A DNA stretch of 64,000 nt, taken from the NCBI GenBank assembly GCA_963668175.1, contig OY764159.1, positions 288,001-352,000 of the forward strand, written 5' to 3'. The DNA comes from Syntrophales bacterium (GTDB lineage: Bacteria > Desulfobacterota > Syntrophia > Syntrophales > PHBD01). Shown one piece after another: positions 39,031-49,079 of this stretch. Position 1 is the stretch's first letter; the number at the start of each line of letters is the position of its first letter. The notes beneath the pieces were generated by a model. The model had not been told where the DNA came from. It did not search any database and was given only the letters and a program-made list of their open reading frames with translations. Both the position numbers and the translations under genes were made by a program.

Positions 39031-39956
39031 TCGCCTACGACTTTTACTTCCAGTTCCAGCCCTATCCCCCGCTCTTTGGAAACCCGCTCCTGTACGAGTT
39101 CGATCAGGGCAAGGATATCGGCCGCTTTCGCTCCGCCCGTATTGACGATGAAGTTGCCGTGTTTCTCCGATATCTTGGCTCCGCCTATCGCCGTACCCTT
39201 CAGGCCGATTTCTTCGATTATCCGGCCCGCGGGGACATCTTTGGGATTCTTGAATATGGAACCTGCGTTGCGTTCTCCAAGGGGATGCCTCGCTTTCCGC
39301 CGATCCATAATATCACCGATTTGACGGCGTACATCCCTTTCGGCACCTTTCTCCAGCACGAACGTGGCGGCGGCCACAACGGCCCCTTCCGGTAATTCCA
39401 GGTTCCGATAGGAAAAATGCATTTCGTCCCGGTGCATATCGACCATGGCCCCGCCGCCGGTCAGGATGGATATTTTCGCGACAATGTCCTTCATCTCTCG
39501 CCCGAAGGCTCCGGCATTCATCCTCACGGCACCGCCGACACTCCCGGGAATTCCCGCGCAAAATTCCATCCCCGCAAGGGAAGACCGGGCCGCAAAGTCG
39601 ACAAACTCGGCCAGGGCTATGCCGGCCTCTGCGTAAATGGCTGAAACGTCTCCTTCCTTATCCTCCACGCGGATATTCCTGAGGCCTTTAAGGGATATGA
39701 CAACGCCCCTGATACCTCCGTCCCTGACGATAATATTGGTCCAGTTGCCCACCGGCAGGTATCCGATACCGCGCTCTGAAAGCCGGGATACAATGCGCCG
39801 CAACGCATCGATCGTCCTAGGCATGACCATGACGTCCGCCTTGCCCCCGACACCCATCGACGTATGCTTATGAAGCGGCTCATCCCGTAGGACATCTCCT
39901 AGGTCCAGGTTTTCCATCTCATCCAAAAAGTTTCCAGTAAACCCATTCGCCGGCAT
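39027..39956 (-). CDS. murB: UDP-N-acetylenolpyruvoylglucosamine reductase
   Basis: GIPGSVGGAVRMNAGA, AGSIFKNP, KHGNF and LELEV motifs. Confidence 0.95.
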   Translation of the reverse strand: MPANGFTGNFLDEMENLDLGDVLRDEPLHKHTSMGVGGKADVMVMPRTIDALRRIVSRLSERGIGYLPVGNWTNIIVRDGGIRGVVISLKGLRNIRVEDKEGDVSAIYAEAGIALAEFVDFAARSSLAGMEFCAGIPGSVGGAVRMNAGAFGREMKDIVAKISILTGGGAMVDMHRDEMHFSYRNLELPEGAVVAAATFVLEKGAERDVRRQIGDIMDRRKARHPLGERNAGSIFKNPKDVPAGRIIEEIGLKGTAIGGAKISEKHGNFIVNTGGAKAADILALIELVQERVSKERGIGLELEVKVVGE

Positions 39957-39958
39957 CG

Positions 39959-41383
39959 TCAGCGCTCTCCCCCATCCGGCCCTGTTTCCGCCCTCTTCTG
40001 CAGGAATGCCTCGCCGATCTTCCAGACGCTGCCGGCACCCTGAGTAATAATCGTGTCCGTCGGCCTCGCCACCTCTTTCAGATAGTCGACGATGGCTTCC
40101 ATCTTCGGCATATAGACGACATGCGGATGCCCCGCCTCCCGGATACCATCGCAGAGGCTCTGCGAGGTGATGCCCGGAATGGGCTCTTCGCTTGCGGCAT
40201 AGATATCCATGACGATCAGGATATCGGCATCTTTAAAGCAGGCAAGGAACTCCTTAAACAGTCCCTTGGTCCGTGTGTAACGGTGGGGCTGAAAGACCAC
40301 GACAAGCCGTCCGTCAGGCCACACTTGCTTTGCCGCCGCTAGCGTCGCCAGGATTTCCGTCGGATGATGTCCGTAATCGTCAACGACCCGGATGCCGCAG
40401 GCGGTCCCTTTCAATTCCAGCCGGCGCTGCACGCCGACAAATGTCTTGATCCCTTCGCAAATGTCGGGAAAAGGCATACCGATCTCAGAGGCAACGGCGA
40501 TCGTTGCCATTGCGTTGTATACGTTGAACATGCCCGGCACTTTCAATTGAACGGCGCCCAGAAGCTGATCCCGGAAATAGAGATCGAACCCGGTTCCGGC
40601 ACCCGTAAACGATACTCGTTCGGCCCGATATTCAGCCGTTTCGGTCAAGCCGTACGTAATGGTTCGTCGCTTGATCATGGGAAAGATTTCCCGGGCATGG
40701 GGGCTGTCGATGCAGAGTACCGTCGAGCCGTAAAAGGGGACGATGTTGGCGAACTGCAGAAAGGCCTCCTTGATGTCCTCGATGTCCCGGTAATGGTCCA
40801 GATGCTCGAGATCAATATTCGTGATGACGGCCAGCGTCGGACCAAGTTTCAGGAAGGAGCGGTCGCTTTCGTCGGCCTCCGCCACAATGATCTCGCCGTC
40901 GCCTATCTTCGCATTGCTGCCGATGCTGGACAGCTTGCCGCCGATGACCATCGTCGGATCGAACTTTCCGTAAGCCAGCACCGTCGAGATCATCGAAGTC
41001 GTCGTCGTTTTGCCGTGGCTTCCCGAAACGGCGATGGAAAACTTCATCTTGAGGAGTTCCGCAAGCATCTCCGCCCGAGGTATCACCGGAATACCTTTTC
41101 TGTGGGCCTCCAAAACCTCCGGATTGTCCTGTCTGACCGCTGTCGACGTGACGACCACGTCGGCCTGCCCGACATTCTCCGCACGATGCCCATTGTGGAC
41201 GACGGCGCCCAGGGATACGAGGCGATAGGTAATGTCCGTCGGATTGAGATCGGAGCCGCTTACATCATACCCCAAATTTAAGAGGACCTCCGCGATACCG
41301 CTCATACCGATGCCGCCGATTCCGACGAAATGAATCCGTCGTACCTTGCGGCGCATCGCATCGATCCGTTGTATCTCTTTCAT
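39959..41383 (-). CDS. murC: UDP-N-acetylmuramate-L-alanine ligase
   Basis: GIGGIGMS, GSHGKTTT, EADESD, DDYGHHP and QPHRY motifs. Confidence 0.97.
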   Translation of the reverse strand: MKEIQRIDAMRRKVRRIHFVGIGGIGMSGIAEVLLNLGYDVSGSDLNPTDITYRLVSLGAVVHNGHRAENVGQADVVVTSTAVRQDNPEVLEAHRKGIPVIPRAEMLAELLKMKFSIAVSGSHGKTTTTSMISTVLAYGKFDPTMVIGGKLSSIGSNAKIGDGEIIVAEADESDRSFLKLGPTLAVITNIDLEHLDHYRDIEDIKEAFLQFANIVPFYGSTVLCIDSPHAREIFPMIKRRTITYGLTETAEYRAERVSFTGAGTGFDLYFRDQLLGAVQLKVPGMFNVYNAMATIAVASEIGMPFPDICEGIKTFVGVQRRLELKGTACGIRVVDDYGHHPTEILATLAAAKQVWPDGRLVVVFQPHRYTRTKGLFKEFLACFKDADILIVMDIYAASEEPIPGITSQSLCDGIREAGHPHVVYMPKMEAIVDYLKEVARPTDTIITQGAGSVWKIGEAFLQKRAETGPDGGER

Positions 41384-41396
41384 AGTTAACTCATCC

Positions 41397-42494
41397 TTAA
41401 TGAACCAGCGCCATGCAGGCGTCGACGACATCCGCGGCAGCCCTGGCGTTGCCAAGCTGTGCCGATGCCTGCTCCATTTCCCTTAATGCTTCCGGATGGC
41501 TGTACATATGCTCAATGACCTCAGCCAGACGCCTGCCATTCAGTTCCTGCTGGGGAATCATCCTGGCCGCCCCGCCGCGGACCAGGACCTGGGCGTTCTT
41601 GGTCTGGTGGTCGTTGATGGCATATGGGAAAGGAACCAATATGGAAGCCTTGCCCATGGCCGTGATTTCGGCGATGGAAGTGGCGCCTGCCCTGCAGATC
41701 AGGAGATCGGCCGACCTGTAGGCCGCCGCCATGTCCATAATAAAGGGTTCCACCGACGCCTCGACGCCGTAGCCCTTGTAACCTTTGACGACGCCGTCCC
41801 TGTCGTCCGTACCCGTCTGATGGGTAAACCTGATCCTGTCTTTCAAATGCTGCAGATATTCCAGGGAACCGATAACCGCCTCGTTTACGGCGTGAGCCCC
41901 CTGGCTGCCTCCGAAGACGAGAATCCGGAACAAATCGTCTTTCTTCTCCTCCGCTTTTCCGGAGACGGTGAAATTCGCCCGGATGGGATTGCCGGTAACG
42001 ACGGTTTTCCGTTTGGCAAACCACTTTTCCGTTTCGGCAAAACTTACGAAAATACGTGCGGCAATCCGACCGAGAATTCGATTGGTCAAACCCGGGATGG
42101 CGTTCTGTTCGGCGATCGCGGTTTTTATCCCTCGCAGGAACGCCGCCAGAACAGCCGGCCCGGATGCGTAACCTCCCACACCGATGACGATGGCGGGGTT
42201 GAATTCGCCGATGATCTTAGCCGCCTGCATCAAGCTGCCGGGAATCTTCATAAGAGCCCTTAACGTCTTCGCCAGTCCTCTACCCTTCACGCCTTCGACA
42301 TCGATCGTACGCAAAGTGAAGCCCAAGCCGCCGAGGACTCTTTTTTCCAGTCCGCGGTCCGTACCGACAAAGAGGATCCGATGCCGTTTGTCGCGGCGCA
42401 GAAATTCTTCCGCTATGGCAACACCGGGAAAGAGATGTCCCCCGGTTCCTCCTCCGGCAATTAAAATGTTCATAAACATCCCGGTTCCAGTCAT
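41397..42494 (-). CDS. murG: MurG N-acetylglucosaminyltransferase
   Basis: GGGTGGH, GGYAS, EQN, GNP, GGSQGA and RAGA motifs. True start may be slightly downstream. Confidence 0.97.
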   Translation of the reverse strand: MTGTGMFMNILIAGGGTGGHLFPGVAIAEEFLRRDKRHRILFVGTDRGLEKRVLGGLGFTLRTIDVEGVKGRGLAKTLRALMKIPGSLMQAAKIIGEFNPAIVIGVGGYASGPAVLAAFLRGIKTAIAEQNAIPGLTNRILGRIAARIFVSFAETEKWFAKRKTVVTGNPIRANFTVSGKAEEKKDDLFRILVFGGSQGAHAVNEAVIGSLEYLQHLKDRIRFTHQTGTDDRDGVVKGYKGYGVEASVEPFIMDMAAAYRSADLLICRAGATSIAEITAMGKASILVPFPYAINDHQTKNAQVLVRGGAARMIPQQELNGRRLAEVIEHMYSHPEALREMEQASAQLGNARAAADVVDACMALVH

Positions 42495-42514
42495 TTAAAC
42501 CAGTTACAATTTCT

Positions 42515-43648
42515 TTACGTCGCTTCCGCCGGCCGTTTTGCCTGGGCGGATATGTTTAAAAGGACGCCTATCGCGACCAAACTCATGATCAACGAAGTCC
42601 CTCCGTAACTCAAAAACGGCAGGGCCAGACCCTTGAGGGGAACCAGACCCATGACGCCGGCAATATTGATGAAAGCTTCCAGAGCAAGAACCATGGTCAG
42701 ACCGGCGGCAAGGAACATGCCGAAACGGTCCGCCGCCTTGAAGGATATCCAGAAGCCTCTCAGAATGAGGAGCGTAAACAGGACAATCACGAGAGCCACG
42801 CCGAAGAAACCGCTTTCCTCCGCAATAATCGCCAATATAAAATCCGTATGAGGCTCAGGCAGGTAGAAAAGCTTCTGCATGCCGTCGCCGATACCGACGC
42901 CGAAAGACCCTCCGGACCCGAAGGACAGGAGGGACTGGATGATTTGGAAGCCCGACTTTCCCGGATCCCGCCAGGGATCGAGGAAGGTCATCATCCGCTC
43001 CATGCGGTAGCTCTTGTGCATGATGAGCCACAGACCGATAGGCAGAAAGAGCGACGCAAGGCCGGCCAGGTGAATGATCCGGCTGCCGGCCAAATAGAGC
43101 ATGAACATCATGGTTACCATGATGATCATCGCCGTCCCGAAATCGGGCTCCAGGAGAATCAGGCAAACCAGGAAAACGACGGTACCCAAAGGGACCATGA
43201 TCCCCCGTTTGAACTCTTTCAACTGGCCGGCTTTTCTTGTCAGGTACTGGGCCAGAAAGAGAACGACAACGATCTTGACCATTTCGGTGACCTGAAAAGA
43301 GAAGAAACCCATCTTCAGCCAGCGGGTCGCCCCCCCGGCCCGGATACCCACATGGGGAATCAGCACCAGCGTGAGCATAACGGCGCTCACAGCAACCGCC
43401 GGATACGCTACGAGCTTAAGCTTGCTGTAATGAATCCGGGATAGAATCAGCATAGACGCCACACCGATGCACACGAAGAAGGCCTGTTTCTTCAGAAAGT
43501 ATTGACCGTCTTTATAACGTTCCATGGCCAGGATGGAACTCGAGCTGTAAATCATGACCGTTCCGGCAGTGACCAGAATGAGCGTGATAATGAGCAATAC
43601 GAAATCGGGGCTCTTGTCGGCCGTTTGAGGCTGAGGAAGCTCGCTCAT
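42515..43648 (-). CDS. ftsW: Peptidoglycan glycosyltransferase FtsW
   Basis: EPDFG, YLPEPHTDF and PFLSYGG motifs. Confidence 0.96.
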   Translation of the reverse strand: MSELPQPQTADKSPDFVLLIITLILVTAGTVMIYSSSSILAMERYKDGQYFLKKQAFFVCIGVASMLILSRIHYSKLKLVAYPAVAVSAVMLTLVLIPHVGIRAGGATRWLKMGFFSFQVTEMVKIVVVLFLAQYLTRKAGQLKEFKRGIMVPLGTVVFLVCLILLEPDFGTAMIIMVTMMFMLYLAGSRIIHLAGLASLFLPIGLWLIMHKSYRMERMMTFLDPWRDPGKSGFQIIQSLLSFGSGGSFGVGIGDGMQKLFYLPEPHTDFILAIIAEESGFFGVALVIVLFTLLILRGFWISFKAADRFGMFLAAGLTMVLALEAFINIAGVMGLVPLKGLALPFLSYGGTSLIMSLVAIGVLLNISAQAKRPAEAT

Positions 43649-44994
43649 GATACCATCTTCTCCACGGTTTGCCTGAAAAACCGTCCTCTGTCCTTATAAT
43701 CCGTAAATTCATCGAAGCTTGCACACCCCGGGGACAGAAGGACAATCTGCCCGGGAGCCGCATGGCGGGCAGCCAATTCCGTCGCTTCCTTGAGCGTCGC
43801 TGCCATTGAGGTCCCAACCACATCGCCGATGACGGCCTTGATTCTCTCCCGGGCTTCTCCGAACAGGATAAGCTCCGCAACCCTCTCCTTGATGGTGTTT
43901 CGCAGGATATTGAAATCGCTATCCTTATCCCGCCCTCCCATCAGGAGAACCACGGGGTCGGAGAAGGTTTCAAGGGCCCGTTTCACGGCATCGACATTCG
44001 TACCTTTCGAATCGTCGAAATATTTGACTCCGCCCTTTTCAGCAACAAACTCAATCCGGTGCGCTATGCTCCGAAAACCGCTAATGGTCCGTGTCACATC
44101 CGCTGCGGGGCAGCCGCAGAATCTTGTTGCCATGATTGCCGCCATGACGTTTTCGATATTGTGCCTGCCCGGCAATTGAATCATGGACAGTGGATACGTC
44201 TCCCTCTCCCCGGACGGCATACCGTAAACCAGGCTTTCGCCTTCAACGAACATCCCTGCGGCCACATGCCGGGACGAGCTGAAGAACCGTACGTCGGCGG
44301 CCAGCCTTCCGGCAAGCTCGACCGTTTCACTGTCGTCATCATTGAGAATGGCCAGATCGCCCGGGATCTGGTTTTCGAAAATGCGCTCCTTCGCCGCCCG
44401 ATAGGCGGCAAACGATCCGTGATAATCGACATGGTCGCAAGTCGTATTCAAAAGTACGGCGACCTTCGGATGAAACCGTTCGATCCACTGCAGTTGGAAG
44501 CTGCTCACCTCGACGACGACATAATCGGCCTCTTGCGGACCCGTCACATAACCGATAAGCGGACTGCCGATGTTTCCTCCTACGAAGACCTTTTTGCCCC
44601 AGGCCTTCAATATATCCCCGACGAGTGTCGTGGTCGTCGTCTTGCCGTTTGTGCCGGTGATGGCGACCATCGGCGTCTTGAGAAACCGGGATGCCAATTC
44701 CAACTCGCTCAGAATCGGAATGCCCCGCTTGCCGCTCTCGACGAGCAGCGGATTCGAGGGCGACACGCCGGGAGAAGGGATCACCAGGTCTGCCTCATCG
44801 AGGAGCGCCGTGCCGTATGGACCGAACACGACGGACAGTCCGCGGATATCGTCCAAAGCCTGGGTCAATTGCTCCGCCGGTTTTGCATCGGTCACGCAAA
44901 CCTTTGCACAGCGACCGGACAGAAACCGTGCCGTGGCAACCCCGGTTTTGCCTAATCCGATTACCAATACCTTCTTGGCGGAAAGATCAATCAT
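43645..44994 (-). CDS. murD: UDP-MurNAc-L-Ala-D-Glu ligase
   Basis: GTNGKTTT, GGNIG, EVSSFQL, DSKGTN and LSPGCASFD motifs. Confidence 0.97.
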   Translation of the reverse strand: MIDLSAKKVLVIGLGKTGVATARFLSGRCAKVCVTDAKPAEQLTQALDDIRGLSVVFGPYGTALLDEADLVIPSPGVSPSNPLLVESGKRGIPILSELELASRFLKTPMVAITGTNGKTTTTTLVGDILKAWGKKVFVGGNIGSPLIGYVTGPQEADYVVVEVSSFQLQWIERFHPKVAVLLNTTCDHVDYHGSFAAYRAAKERIFENQIPGDLAILNDDDSETVELAGRLAADVRFFSSSRHVAAGMFVEGESLVYGMPSGERETYPLSMIQLPGRHNIENVMAAIMATRFCGCPAADVTRTISGFRSIAHRIEFVAEKGGVKYFDDSKGTNVDAVKRALETFSDPVVLLMGGRDKDSDFNILRNTIKERVAELILFGEARERIKAVIGDVVGTSMAATLKEATELAARHAAPGQIVLLSPGCASFDEFTDYKDRGRFFRQTVEKMVS

Positions 44995-45000
44995 GAAAAA

Positions 45001-46080
45001 CTACCTCAACTTCAGTGTGCTGATCGCCACAAGCGCCAGCAGAATCGATATGATCCAGAAACGGACGATGACCTTCGGCTCCGGCCACCCTTTGAGTTCG
45101 AAATGGTGGTGTATCGGCGCCATCCGGAAAATGCGCTCGCCCTTCGACAATTTAAACCAACCGACCTGCAGGATGACGGACAGGGTCTCCATGACGAACA
45201 CTCCCCCGACGATGGCAAGGAGAATTTCCTGCTTCGTGAGAATGGCCAGCGTCCCCAGAGAACCACCCAGCGAGAGCGCGCCAACGTCTCCCATGAAGAC
45301 CTGGGCGGGGTAGGTATTGTACCAGAGAAACCCAATGCCCGCCCCTGCCATCGCCCCGCAGAAAACGGACAATTCGCCGGTTCCGGAGACATACGGAATC
45401 TGAAGATATCCGGCGATCCTGATATTGCCCGCAAGATAGGCAAAAATCAGGTATGTCAGGAAACAGGTAATGACCGGCCCGATGGCGAGTCCGTCCAGCC
45501 CGTCCGTTAAATTGACGGCATTGGCGGAACCGACAATGACAAAGGTCGTCAGGACGAAGTATCCCCAGCCCAGATCGGGCAGAACCGTCTTGAAGAAGGG
45601 GATGGTAATCGCCGTCGTGAATCCCGTCTTGAAATAGAGATAAATGCTGATAAAAAGGGCGATCGCGATTTCACCGGTGAGCCTCACTTTTCCCGAGAGC
45701 CCTTTGCTGTTCTTCTTGATAAGTTTCTGATAATCATCGAGATATCCTATGAATCCGTATCCCGCTGTCACGAGAAGGACAAGCCAGACATAGTCGACCG
45801 TCAGATTGGCCCACAGCAATGTCGACAGCACTACGGCAAAAATGATCAGGAGCCCACCCATCGTCGGCGTGCCCTGTTTGGCAAGATGGGAATTCGGACC
45901 ATCGTTGCGTACCTGCTGACCTATCTGCAGGGCCTGCAGTTTCCTGATCATCCACGGTCCCACGACAAAACAGATGATCAGCGCCGTAATGGCGGCGTAA
46001 ATCGTCCGGAAAGTGATATAGCGGAAGACGTTAAACGACGAAAACGTCGTATGCAGTGGATATAATAAATGATATATCAC
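45001..46080 (-). CDS. mraY: Phospho-MurNAc-pentapeptide transferase
   Basis: [24 protein letters not shown] and APIHHHFE motifs. Confidence 0.98.
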   Translation of the reverse strand: MIYHLLYPLHTTFSSFNVFRYITFRTIYAAITALIICFVVGPWMIRKLQALQIGQQVRNDGPNSHLAKQGTPTMGGLLIIFAVVLSTLLWANLTVDYVWLVLLVTAGYGFIGYLDDYQKLIKKNSKGLSGKVRLTGEIAIALFISIYLYFKTGFTTAITIPFFKTVLPDLGWGYFVLTTFVIVGSANAVNLTDGLDGLAIGPVITCFLTYLIFAYLAGNIRIAGYLQIPYVSGTGELSVFCGAMAGAGIGFLWYNTYPAQVFMGDVGALSLGGSLGTLAILTKQEILLAIVGGVFVMETLSVILQVGWFKLSKGERIFRMAPIHHHFELKGWPEPKVIVRFWIISILLALVAISTLKLR

Positions 46081-46117
46081 GTCATTCCCTTTCCGTCATC
46101 TTTGCCCATGTCGATTC

Positions 46118-47539
46118 TCAGTTACGGTCCTGTTTTAACCCGATCATGCTTACGATACGTTGTACGATCTGCTCCATCTTCATGCGTCTCGACCCTTTAA
46201 CGAGGGCCCAGTCACCGTCATGAAGATACGGTTTAGCGAATTCGGCAGCGTCTCCATCTTCCTGAAAGCAGATGACGGCATCAGCCGGCATCCCCATCCT
46301 TAAGGCGCCCGCCGCAGTCGCAGACGCAAATTCCCCTTTCAGAAGAAGGCGGTCGACACCGGTTTGCGCAGCGACTTCGCCGATGGATTCGTGCAGGGAA
46401 CGGGACTGCTCTCCCAATTCGAGCATATCTCCCAGAACGGCGATTGCGCGTCCTTGGCCGCGAAGATTCCGCAATGCCTTCAAGGCCTCGGTGACCGACG
46501 CGGGATTGGCGTTATAGGTATCGTCGATAATAAAGGACCCGTTCGCCAGACTTCGAATCGCCATCCTGCCGGCAACAGGCTGAAAGGAGGCGAGGCCCTT
46601 GCCGATAAAAGCCCCGTCCATCCCGAGAGCCCGGGCCACGGCGGCGGCGGCTAGGGCATTATAGACATGATGCCGCCCGGCTATTTTCATGAAGACATCG
46701 CTCTTTTCCGCGCCGGACACGAGGCGGAAAGAGATCCCGGCCGCATCCATTGTTTCCATATTCTCTGCGGTTACATCCGCCGGCCCATCTATGCTGAAGG
46801 TAACGCGTTTTCCGCTCCAGGAACGGCTCACTTCACGGATGTTCCCGTCGTCCAGGTTGACGACGGCCGTTCCCTGGTTCCCCATATAGCGGAAGAGATC
46901 GCCCTTTTCCTCCCTGATCGTGTCGAGGGAGTGCAATCCCTGGAGGTGCGCGGGGCCGATATTCGTGACCAAACCTATATTGGGCCCGGCAATGTCGGTC
47001 AAACGGGCGATTTCACCCCGCTGATTGGTCCCCAGTTCCAGGATGGCCGCTTCATGTTCATCCGTCAACCGCAACAGGGTCATAGGCATACCGATCAGAT
47101 TGTTCAAATTGCCCTCCGTTTTGAGGACATTTTTCGATTGACCGACAATTCCCGCCAGCATCTCCTTCGTCGTCGTTTTTCCCGAGCTTCCCGTTATCGC
47201 TATCACAGGAATGGAAAACCTGTTCCTCCAGCAGCGCGCCAAGTCGCCCAGGGCCTTCAGGGTGTCGTCAACGAGAATAAGCGTTGTATCACCCGATATC
47301 TTTTTCTTCGGTTCCTCCTGGACCAGGACCGCCGATGCGCCGACATTGACAGCCGCATCGAGAAAATCATGGCCGTCGAATGTTTCCCCCTTCAGGGCTA
47401 TAAAGAGGTTCCCCGTTCTTACCGTCCGGGAATCCGTGGAAACGCCGCAGCATGTTACATTGCCGTCGCCATTGACGAGACGTCCGTTTACGGCCTCTAA
47501 AATCTCATGCCCGCTCAAGACGGGCGTCGTCTCAGCCAC
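46118..47539 (-). CDS. murF: UDP-MurNAc-tripeptide D-Ala-D-Ala ligase
   Basis: FDGHDF, GSSGKTTTKE, DTYNANP, GDMLELG and KGSR motifs. Confidence 0.96.
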   Translation of the reverse strand: MAETTPVLSGHEILEAVNGRLVNGDGNVTCCGVSTDSRTVRTGNLFIALKGETFDGHDFLDAAVNVGASAVLVQEEPKKKISGDTTLILVDDTLKALGDLARCWRNRFSIPVIAITGSSGKTTTKEMLAGIVGQSKNVLKTEGNLNNLIGMPMTLLRLTDEHEAAILELGTNQRGEIARLTDIAGPNIGLVTNIGPAHLQGLHSLDTIREEKGDLFRYMGNQGTAVVNLDDGNIREVSRSWSGKRVTFSIDGPADVTAENMETMDAAGISFRLVSGAEKSDVFMKIAGRHHVYNALAAAAVARALGMDGAFIGKGLASFQPVAGRMAIRSLANGSFIIDDTYNANPASVTEALKALRNLRGQGRAIAVLGDMLELGEQSRSLHESIGEVAAQTGVDRLLLKGEFASATAAGALRMGMPADAVICFQEDGDAAEFAKPYLHDGDWALVKGSRRMKMEQIVQRIVSMIGLKQDRN

Positions 47540-49070
47540 GAGGCCCCCCGCCGGAAGCCGATCTTAATGCTTCCGCCGCCACCAGGCGGTCGTCGAAGAA
47601 TATCTTCCGGTCGCCCAGGATCTGATAATCTTCATGTCCCTTCCCGGCGATCAGGACGATATCGCCCGGTTGGGCAAAGGCAATGGCCCTTGTGATGGCT
47701 GTCTTACGATCCGGAACGACGGCATAGGATCTTCGCCCGGAGACCATCGCCCACGCATCGCCCTCCAGTTTGCTTGCAGAACCGTTTTGTATTCCCGCTT
47801 CAATCTCCCGGATGATGGATAACGGATCCTCCGTCCGCGGATTATCCGACGTGATAATCGCCAGGTCACTGAAATGCGTTGCCGCTTCTCCCATGAGCGG
47901 CCTTTTTCCCCTGTCACGGTCGCCGCCGCAGCCGAAAACGGAAATCAGCCGTTTCTGTTTAAAGCCCGACAGATTCTCAAGAACGCGTCTCAAGGCATCT
48001 TCCGTATGGGCATAATCGACAAATACCCGGATGTCCCGGGACCCCTCGACCCGCTCCAGACGCCCCGGCACATTCTTCAATGCCTCGATCCCGTTTCGGA
48101 TATGGCTGGAAGCAATATCCAGGGATACGGCCGCACCGACTGCGGCCAGGATGTTCGACAGGTTAAATTTTCCAATTAATGGGGATGTGACATCGAGACG
48201 CTCTCCCCGGAGATCGAGTCGGGCTTCGATACCGTCAACGAGAAGTCGGTATTCCTCTGCATGAATGTCGCAGGCGCTTTCGATGCCGTAGGTAAGCGCC
48301 GCTATGTTCGCCTCGCGGGTGAGCCTCTGTCCCCATGAATCATCGTTGTTTACGATCATCCGGTATTTTCTCTTTTTTCCGCTTTGCGGCAGAACTTCCG
48401 TAAAGAATCGTTTTTTGGCCTGGAAATAATTCTCCATGGTCAGGTGGTAATCGAGATGATCCTGTGTGAGATTCGTAAAAACGCCGATATCGAAATCACA
48501 GTCGTCGACCCTTCTCAAATCCAGCGAATGGGACGAGACCTCGGAGACGACATGGGTCACTCCGTCCTCCTCCATTTCCCACAGAATCTTCTGCATCTCG
48601 AGCGACTCCGGGGTTGTATTGGGTGCGGGTTTTACGACGTCGTGAAAACGATAATTGACCGTCCCCAAAACACCCGTTCTGTAACCTGCGGCCCTAAGTA
48701 TGGATTCAAGCAAATAAGTGATTGTGGTTTTGCCGTTGGTTCCGATAATACCTATCAGGCAGAGACGGGAAGAGGGATGCTGGTAGAAGTTCTTTCCGAG
48801 GATGCCGAGAGCCCTGCGGCCGTCCTTCACCCGAATCGCCGTAACGCCCTCGGGCGGGACATAATCGCTCTCGCAGACGATAAATCGGGCTCCCCGGGCG
48901 ACAGCTTCCGGGATATAGTCATGGCCGTCGGACTTCAGACCCCGAACGGCCACAAATAGGCTTCCTTCCGAACAAGCTTTCGAATTATAGCAAATATGCG
49001 CCACGTCACCTGAAAAGGTTCGTTTTTGATCGACGACATCAATGCCCTGGATCAGGTGATTTAACTTCAA
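47532..49070 (-). CDS. murE: UDP-MurNAc-dipeptide meso-DAP ligase
   Basis: GTNGKTT, DHLDYH, VDYAHT, DNPR (mDAP-type) and GKGHE motifs. Confidence 0.97.
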   Translation of the reverse strand: MKLNHLIQGIDVVDQKRTFSGDVAHICYNSKACSEGSLFVAVRGLKSDGHDYIPEAVARGARFIVCESDYVPPEGVTAIRVKDGRRALGILGKNFYQHPSSRLCLIGIIGTNGKTTITYLLESILRAAGYRTGVLGTVNYRFHDVVKPAPNTTPESLEMQKILWEMEEDGVTHVVSEVSSHSLDLRRVDDCDFDIGVFTNLTQDHLDYHLTMENYFQAKKRFFTEVLPQSGKKRKYRMIVNNDDSWGQRLTREANIAALTYGIESACDIHAEEYRLLVDGIEARLDLRGERLDVTSPLIGKFNLSNILAAVGAAVSLDIASSHIRNGIEALKNVPGRLERVEGSRDIRVFVDYAHTEDALRRVLENLSGFKQKRLISVFGCGGDRDRGKRPLMGEAATHFSDLAIITSDNPRTEDPLSIIREIEAGIQNGSASKLEGDAWAMVSGRRSYAVVPDRKTAITRAIAFAQPGDIVLIAGKGHEDYQILGDRKIFFDDRLVAAEALRSASGGGPRG

Positions 49071-49079
49071 ATAAACCTC

